Below, one piece after another: positions 12,778 to 22,814 of a DNA stretch of 22,814 bases; the first letter of the stretch is position 1, and each line of letters starts with the position of its first letter. Below the pieces are notes generated by a model, which was not told the DNA's origin, did not search any database, and worked only from the letters and a program-made list of their open reading frames with translations. The DNA comes from Bugula neritina (taxonomy: Eukaryota > Animalia > Bryozoa), in assembly GCA_964035545.1 (NCBI GenBank), contig CAXIUT010000222.1, positions 1-22,814 on the forward strand, given 5' to 3'. The position numbers and the translations under genes are program-made.

Positions 12778-13488
12778 TCAATTAACAAAGTCGTCCAAGA
12801 AAAGAGCCCATTTCCTATTATTTTTGTATTTCTCCTCATGCTTCTCCAATAAGTCATGACATTCATTGTCTTCATTGCTAAACAAACATCTAAGAGCCTC
12901 ATAGGTTTAATCCTTGTCTTCTTTGTCTTCAGCAGACATTCTCAAAAATTAGAGTTCTTTCGTCTGGTTGAACCTCTTGTAAGCATCTTTGCTTTTATTC
13001 TTGAAAAAGTATGATTCGCATAGGAGAACAGAGTCTTTTCCTCTTCGTTTGGCCTTGCTGATTTTTCGGCTTAAGCCAAAAATTGAAGTTCTTATCATCT
13101 TGTTGATCATGTATATATGTCCTTTGGCGCTTTGAAGTTCAAGTGTTTCTTTTCTTTCTTTCTTGTTTATTTTCTATTATATCATTTATTAAGACTCTAT
13201 TTTGGTCAAAGAATTTGAATCTCCTGAATTCTAAAGGGATTAACACCTCATATCATCATAACATGAAGAGAAGTAGCAAGGATTAAAAGAAGAGGGTTCA
13301 AAAATATTCCAAATCGAAGAGTCATCATCTTGGACAAAATTTGAGTTAAACTTTTTTTTATCTGTATTGTAGCTTGAATCAATAGCCTAGAAGTTAAAAC
13401 CATCTATCATACTTAGTCTTTCTTAGATAATATCGTTGTTGTTGTTTTCGAAGAAAGAGTTGTCTGGATTTTCAAAATTTGATGTCAT
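12778..13488 (-). CDS. Hypothetical protein, paralog B (236 aa)
   Basis: Intact frame ATG 13488 to TGA 12778-12780. C-terminus LLEKHEEKYKNNRKWALFLDDFVN aligns with paralog A. Confidence 0.8.
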
Positions 13489-15283
13489 CAATTTTATATT
13501 ATAAATGATGATTCAAAGGCCATTGGATTTATACAAGCAAGCCACTTTGGTTCTCAAGCTTTATTTCAAGATATACTAACTGTTCCAAGGGAAATTAATA
13601 AGAATAAATCTGTTTAAGATGGTAATTTAGCTATTTTTATTTTTTTGACTAAAGATAATTTAATCATTGTCAAAAAAAAAATATGGAAAATAAATATAAA
13701 GGTCATAAATGAGAATGTTTAATCTTAATCTAAAGTTAGCTTGAATATTATTAATCAGAATTTCAGTAACTAAAAAATAGCTCAAAAGAATTAAATACCT
13801 CTACGCAACTCTTTTCAAGATAAAAAATAAACTTAAATCAAATTTTGATTGTTAAATACTGATTTTAGAGGCAAAGGCACTATTTCTACATAAAAAATGC
13901 CTTAAAATACCAGTTTTTCATCAATAAATCTTAAAAAGGTACAAAGTCAAAAATTCTCTAGTCTGAAAACAATCTAAAATAAAAGCTGACAGCTTAAAAG
14001 ATGAACCATATCTATCATTCCATTCAAAGGAAATCCTAAAATAATGAAAGATAACCTTTTCGGGATTTTGAAAATGCAAATTTTTGAGTTGAAATTTAGG
14101 AGATCCTCTAAACAAAGGAGGATAATATAAATAAAAGAGCTATAAATAGATTTGAATTGACAATCTAACCTTCACTAGGTGACTTTAGAAAAGATAAAAG
14201 GTGAAAAAGATGCCAAAAATGTTTGATATTATGAATGACCATTTCCTTACTTAGAGTAAAACAATTGATTTGGATCTAATTCGTCTTAAAAAATGCTAAT
14301 ATGATCATTGGAAGGCATAATAATATCCTTATCCTCCCCAATTATCTAAGAAAACTTGATAATTTTCATCTTTCTTCAATAAAAACTTTAAAATAATTAA
14401 AATAATTGTATCTATATTGACCAAAAAGTTAGAAAAGTTTATCCTATTCTTGAAAATGCTATAATTATTAGTTCTGAAGAATGTTTTTAAATTGAATATA
14501 AATAAGTTTTTTATAAATTTATCTACATAGGTATTAGGTAGCTAATATTTTTGGTACAAACAATCATAAAAATATTCTTTATTTTCATCATCCAACAAAT
14601 ATCTATCTATTATTTCCAATCAATTAAAGGATTTACACATATTGTAGCCTCAAGACTATGATTCTAACTTTTTTATTTTGAGTATTTATCCATACATAAT
14701 GCCATCAATGTGTTTTATTCTTTGCTACTAATATGAATTTTATCGTTTTGCTTTGAAATATTCTATTTCTTCTTGCCTATTTTGCTATTTTTTTCTTTTT
14801 CTCAAACAAAATAAAACACATCATATTTATATCTCTTGAATTATCAATCCACAGGCTTTATCTAAATACTCACCCAATCTTCTTCTAATAATATATCTTT
14901 AAATCATACTATCCAGAAGCCATTTATATTTTGACTAACTAAACATTGCTCCATATGGTGCCTCCCTTTTTCCCTTTTTTATTAAACATCAATGGAAAAC
15001 TCCTATAATTAATGATAAATCAAATCGTCTTTATTTTTGATAGTCTAGAAAAAACAAAAAGATATTAGATAGTAATTTTTATTTAATAAAATTGATAATA
15101 ATTATTATCATTGATATATATTTATAAAGGGACCGATCGACACTACTAAGTCGAAGTAATACTAATTATAAAATAGAACCAATAATAAATATTGACAGTA
15201 AATGTTTGAAGATTCTTTGTTTTTTGATTGAATTATTGTAAAAATAACTATGTACATTATATTAACGTTTTTACATTACAACA

Positions 15284-16149
15284 ATGGCAACATCTCTGGA
15301 TCTCGTTAAAGATCTCTTCTGCGGAGTTCTGTCAGGATGGGGGCAAGTCGTCAGCATGCTACCCTTCTAAAATATTAAAATCAAAGTCATCTCCAAACCT
15401 CTCTAGTATAATCAAGGCTATCTCCATGCGCTTAAAAAGACTATCTCAGAAGAAGGGCCACTTTCCCTTTATAAAGGAATGCTCTTTCCACTCATCGGAG
15501 TGGGTGCTCAAATATCAATGCAATTTGGTGTAGTTGAGACTCTCAAAAAGATGATGAAAGCAGATTTCGCAGATAAAGATGGTAACCTGCACTGGAAATA
15601 TTCTTTCCTTTCAGGACTAGTTTGTGGCGTTCCTAGTGCAATGTTCGTTGTACCTTCAATTTCATATAGACTCCTCTTGACCATGCTCGTTTCAAGGTAA
15701 CTCTCAACAAATAAAAAGGATAAGGCTCAATCTCTATGGCAAAATCCATCTACAAATCACACGGAATGAAAAAACTCTATCTTGGATTCTACCCCACTGT
15801 CATCCGAGAGTGCATCGGTCTTGCTTGCTTTTTCGGAGTCTATGATGCCTTGATAGGTAGCTTCAAGCATGATGGTAAAGTCAATAAACTCGGTTCTCTT
15901 TTATGTGGCTCACTAGCAGGAATGTCTTTCTGGGTCTTATGTTATCCTGCAGATTACATAAAGACAATAATTCAAGCCGATTCACTTTAAGAACCTAAAT
16001 TTCAAGGTTCAAAGCATGCATTCAAGATGTAAAAACAGAAAGGAGTTCCAATACTATACACTGGAATGTCAATAATGTTATTAAGAGCAACAGTAGCCGG
16101 AGCAGTAGGATTCATGTGTTTCTAAATCGGTAAATAAATTGTCTATTGA
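15284..16149 (+). CDS. Mitochondrial carrier family (SLC25) protein, carnitine/ornithine-carrier-like
   Basis: Three Px[D/E]xx[K/R] signatures (PFENIKIK, PLDHARFK, PADYIKT), plus YKGMLFPLIG and GFYPTVIRE. 20-nt intron 15650-15669; TGA 16147-16149. Substrate is inferred. Confidence 0.92.
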
Positions 16150-16203
16150 TAATTTTTTATTCATATTATACTTATCTAATATCTAACCCAAAGAACATAA
16201 ATA

Positions 16204-17217
16204 TCACACTCGAGAAATTCTAATTACTCTCTCCATACTAAGCAATAATTTAAAAGCCTATTACTTCTATTTCTACTATTTCTCAATCTATCTAAATTTA
16301 TCCTATTTCATATCCTAGATATTCTAATATTAAAGGTTTTCTATATTTGGTGACTATATTTAGTCATGCTACATTTCCTCTTACACCTTTTAGTTCAAAA
16401 AAAGACAACTATCAGCCATATTCTCACTTTCCAATTTCATACTATTCTTACTTTTAACAGACGAACAAGCACGTGTTTTAGTAGTACCGCTAAAGATAGA
16501 TTTCTAACTCTTCTGAGGTGTCGACATCCGTCCAACCCGAACAACATCAGTTATCACCCATCTAGGTATATAATTTTTAAGATATTTATGGAAATAACAA
16601 TTATAATACACCACATACATTTTCTAGTGCACCATTTATATCTACTAAAGAATCCTCTTCTTGGCTGGTCGTCTGATACTCTCAACCATTTAAACATATA
16701 ATCCCTGGATATCTACTCCAAGGAGTATGTTGAAATCGACAGCACAGCCAAATTTATTGAGATAGTATCGTCCAAGAATATAAATCATATCACTGAATGA
16801 TGTCCCTAAATTTATTAAATTTATCAACTGATAAGCCCTCATTTCACCCAATTACGACCATTCTCCAGTAGATATAGCCAATCTACGCTGAAGGTAAAGT
16901 CGATAAGGTTATATTAACTTCTAGCAAAGATGCCTCTCGATTTTATCTTTGGTTTAATACAAGAGAGAAGGAAGCAGAGACGATATCTATGGTCTTGTAG
17001 TTTTGGGCAAGAGGATTAAGCGATGTAGAAGGAGCAAAATTTTAAATGTTGAGAGAAGAGTGCGATTATTTTTAATTATTGAAGTTATGTGAGATAGCTA
17101 TGCACCGAGAAGGAAGAGTTCATTGAGTTATTTTAACTAGAAACCTACTCGTCCTTCTTTTTTGAGATATTTTTTGAATGTTTTAGCCACTTGGGTTTAT
17201 ATTTTAGACCCTTTCAT
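16204..17217 (-). CDS. ANTH/ENTH-like domain protein with acidic tail (337 aa)
   Basis: Intact frame ATG 17217 to TGA 16204-16206. TFKILLLLHRLIL and LIEPYRLYLQRRL resemble conserved ANTH helices. Family call is tentative. Confidence 0.6.
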
Positions 17218-17350
17218 CCAAATACTTAAATATTATCTAAGTCTAGCTTCAAATCAATAAAATCATTTATTCTAGGATTCAAAAAAACCTTCGAAAGTTC
17301 GATCTTTAATAATTATACTTTTATTACGACCCAATAAAATCTATATACTT

Positions 17351-18067
17351 ATGTCCCTTCATAAACACACGTTGGACTTAACTCTCTCTATAAACCTAAG
17401 AGCATCTCCTTACATCCCACCAATTCAATAGGTAATTCGTTCAACAATGGACCAACAAATCCGCCAGCACTCTAAAACAAATCCAAAATCATAACAACAA
17501 AACCTAATTTCCCAAACAAAGAAAATACTAAGCAAAAGTATCTAAAAAGACCAATACTATCAAACCTTTTCAAATGGATTTTATTCAACAATAGACGACA
17601 ACAAACCAGGAACATCATCAATAATAAAACGTCGAGATAATAAACTAAACTAAACAAAACGTCAACTATAATTATTAAATGAATTGTACAAAAATAAAAA
17701 TAAAGATCAAATAGTATTTATTTGATTATTATAGAAAAGATATCAAGAACAAATTGAACAATAATAATCATAAATACATAGCATTGTTTCTCAGTATAAA
17801 TTAAAAAGAAACAGAATGTTCTAAAACACTAAAAGAAACAGTAAAGTTAACAAATATCTCAATAAAATCAAAAAAGGGTCATAACTATCATAAAGAAAAT
17901 AGTCGAATAAAGGAAATTAAGAAATAGGAAGTAAGAAACGAAAAGGATCAGAATAAGATATATAGATGTTGTTTGATAGAATGCATCCATACAGAAGAAT
18001 ACTTATACAAAAAAGAGGGAAAAGTAGAGGTGGAGTTTAGCCTTGGGGTATCTCGCAAAATAATTGA
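17351..18067 (+). CDS. Hypothetical basic protein (~231 aa)
   Basis: ATG 17351; 21-nt intron 17714-17734 containing an in-frame TGA; ends TGA 18065-18067, 52 bp before the SDHA ATG. Confidence 0.65.
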
Positions 18068-18119
18068 TTTCTACTACCAGAAATATTAAAACATATTTCA
18101 ATTAATAAACATATATCTC

Positions 18120-20077
<1,958 letters not shown>

Positions 20078-20099
20078 TCTAAAGACATAATATCAACTA

Positions 20100-20842
20100 T
20101 TTTTTTTATGCAATTAACCATTAAAAAAATCAAAATCTTAGCGATCAGCAATACAGGATTACCATTGCCTTCTCCCGCATGCTAACGATAAAAAGCCACC
20201 TCCTTTTTTAATTCCTTCACCTCTCTCTGCTCACGAACCAGTTCTCCATCAATCTTTTAAGATCGTCAAGTGGAACTCTTATTATCTTGTTACTATTTTA
20301 GGTAGCATGTTTGGTTGATGGCTATTTTCGATATTTTTAAGGAGTGGTTTAGGTATAGTCAGTTTTGATATGTTTTTGTTAGTGGTAGTCAGTACGAAGA
20401 CGAAGAGGCTGTTTGCTTGGAGTGCGTTAGTGAGTCATTTTGAACTGTTTTGGTAGTCGTTCAGTTTATAAGTAGCGATTGCTATCTTGAAAAGGACGAA
20501 AAATGTGACATCGTAAGGATGCTGCTACCTTCTTTTGGCTTGATTTTCTTTCTAGTTGGACTGGCAGTTTGACAGAATACTTTTTGTGTCCCGAAGGGAA
20601 TCTGATTCTTACTTCCAGTGACGCTATCTCTTTCTCCCTACCTCCTCTCATAGAATTTTGATCTGATCGATGGCTGTTTCCTGTCCCAACTTGATATTGA
20701 TCGATGAAGTGTGTGATTTGTTAGCAGAGCGACCCAGAGATTTCTTGGACGCTGTCTTCTCAACACTCTCTCGTACTTTACTATAATTTATCATTAAAAT
20801 ATTATTATCAAAAATAACTACATCACTTATAGATTCCTTCAT
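20100..20842 (-). CDS. Hypothetical protein with C-terminal coiled coil (frame broken twice)
   Basis: Three consecutive minus-strand segments (MKESISD...QIKIL; ...LETERLPKQFKMTHERTPSK...; ELVREQREVKELKKEVAFYREH) in different frames. Ends approximate. Confidence 0.4.
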
Positions 20843-20987
20843 AACATATCTTGATATATCAATTCATGCATAGGTATAAATAATAGAGAAATATAGTTTT
20901 TGTTGGAGAGTTGACAGTTATAACTGAGTATTCTGAAAAGTCTTATCTATTTTTAATTGTGAAAGATAATTCACTTATATCAATATC

Positions 20988-22681
20988 ATGATCTCAACTC
21001 TAGCAAATACAGCAAACCTATCGCACACTTCCAACGATACTATGCCTCCAAACAACTCCTCTTCAGCAGTGAAGCCCGTAAAGAACTTCTAAAAGGAACT
21101 CAACAACTCTCCAATGCAGTACAAGTCACACTAGGACCAGGAGGAAGAAATGTCCTCCTTGATCAATCATACGGACCACCTAAAATCACAAAAGACGGAG
21201 TCACTGTTGCCAAAGCAGTCGACCTTCCAGAAAAGGCCACCAACATCGGAGCATCTCTCGTCAAAAACGTAGCCAACAAAGCCAACGACTAAGCAGGAGA
21301 TGGAACCACAACAGCTACTCTCTTAGCCAGATCAATCTACGAATAAGGATACAAAAAAGTAGAAGCAGGCATGAACCCAACCCACATCAAAAGAGGTATC
21401 GATATGGCTATTGAAAAAATATCAAAATAATTGGCTGACAGATCAACTCCAGTCAAAGGAAGAGAAGCTATCTACAATGTAGCCACTATTTCATCAAATG
21501 GAGATAAATAAATAGGAACTATCCTTGCTGATCTCTACTAGAAAATGGGCAACCATGGAATCATCACTATCAAATAAGGAAAAACTCTTCATCACTAAGT
21601 TTAGAATGTTGATGGCTTGAGCTTTGATAGAGGATATATTTCACCATATTTCCTGACTGACTAAAAAAAACAAAAAATATAGTTCGATAACTGCTTCCTC
21701 TTAGTTGTCTAAAAAAAACTCACTAACCTCAGAGAAATCCTACCTTTCCTTGAATACACTTATCAACAACAAAAACCTTTACTCATCATTGCCTAAGATA
21801 TCGAAGGATAACTCCTCGCAGGTCTTATTCTCAACAGATTAAAGAATAACCTAAAGGTATGTGCAGTCAAAGCTCCATCATTCGGTGATAATAGAAAAGC
21901 CATGCTCCATGATATTGCTGTCTTCACTGGAGGTAAATGTGTTAGCGAATAAACAGGAATGACTCTTGACAACTGTTCTAGTTCACCTGAAGAAATCCAA
22001 GCTACTCTTGGATCTGCCAAAAACGTTGCTATCAATAAAGATTAAACCATCATTCTGAACGGATCAGGATAAAAGTAACTTTGTTAGTGATGTAGATCTA
22101 GTATTTAAGAAAGAGTCGATACTATTCAAAATCAAATCAAATTGACTGAAAGTAGCTATGATAGAGAAAAATTAGAAGAAAGACTAGCCAAACTTAAAGG
22201 AGGTGTTGGAGTCATCAAGGTAGGAGGAGCCAGTTAAGTAGAAGTCGGATAAGTTAAAGACAGAGTCAATGATGCTTTATGTGCTACAAAAGCAGCCATT
22301 GCTGAAGGTATTGTCCCAGGAGGAGGGTCTGCCTTACTCTATGCTTCAGCCAACCTGGACTCTCTTGCTTCAAAATCAAACCTAACGTAAGGTGAAGTCG
22401 CTGGTATCAGAATAATCCAAAATGCTATCAGAATACCAGCAATAACAATCGCCCAAAACGCAGGATACGAAGGCAACTTAATCGCTGCAAAGTTATTATA
22501 AGAAAACAACAACGAAAGAGGATTCAATTCAGCTACAGGCAAATATGTAAACTTGAAGGAAAGCGGAATAGTGGACCCAACAAAGGTAGTGAGGACAGCT
22601 TTGGTACATTCAGGTAGTGTAGCTAGTTTGATGTTGACAACTGAATGCATGATATTCGATGAGCCAGAAAAGAAAGAATGA
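20988..22681 (+). CDS. HSP60: Mitochondrial chaperonin 60 (HSP60/GroEL family)
   Basis: [82 protein letters not shown]. 21-nt intron 22075-22095. One missing A near 21007 restores the presequence [22 protein letters not shown]. Confidence 0.97.
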
Positions 22682-22727
22682 TCAAATGCTATATATTTAT
22701 GATATATTTAGTGACAAAGTGATGATA

Positions 22728-22814
22728 TTGGGGTTGGGGTTGGGGTTGGGGTTGGGGTTGGGGTTGGGGTTGGGGTTGGGGTTGGGGTTGGGGTTGGGGT
22801 TGGGGTTGGGTGGG
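22728..22814 (+). repeat. Right telomere, (TTGGGG)n
   Basis: T2G4 repeats to the end of the window. Confidence 0.98.

Noticed and set aside
16588-17126. Plus-strand BTB/POZ-like reading (MEITIIIHH...LREECDYFELLKL)
   Set aside because: It needs a frameshift and lies antisense to an intact 337-aa minus-strand ORF; probably a shadow frame.
21793-22650. Minus-strand ORFs 21793-22035 and 22339-22650
   Set aside because: Antisense shadows of HSP60.

Overview
This is a complete telomere-to-telomere, AT-rich ciliate macronuclear chromosome of 22.8 kb, with (C4A2)n at 1-93 and (T2G4)n at 22728-22814. Conserved positions in HSP60, SDHA and a mitochondrial carrier show TAA and TAG both encode Glu and TGA is the only stop (peritrich nuclear code, NCBI table 30), so the supplied ORF track is mostly misleading. 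Re-translated by hand, the window holds about 14 tightly packed genes with 20-23 nt introns: SDHA, mitochondrial HSP60, an SLC25 carrier, an ANTH-like protein, a RelA/SpoT-like nucleotidyltransferase followed by (possibly fused to) an LRR region, a diverged paralog pair and several hypotheticals. The standout is a 94-nt (GGGGTT)n telomeric tract at 18141-18234, inside the SDHA coding sequence after codon 7, with SDHA continuing on the other side. As sequenced, it can be removed as an in-frame GT..AG intron (18144-18238). An in-frame insertion, or an assembly merge with an alternatively fragmented chromosome isoform, is equally possible. All translations and family assignments were made by eye, without database searches.
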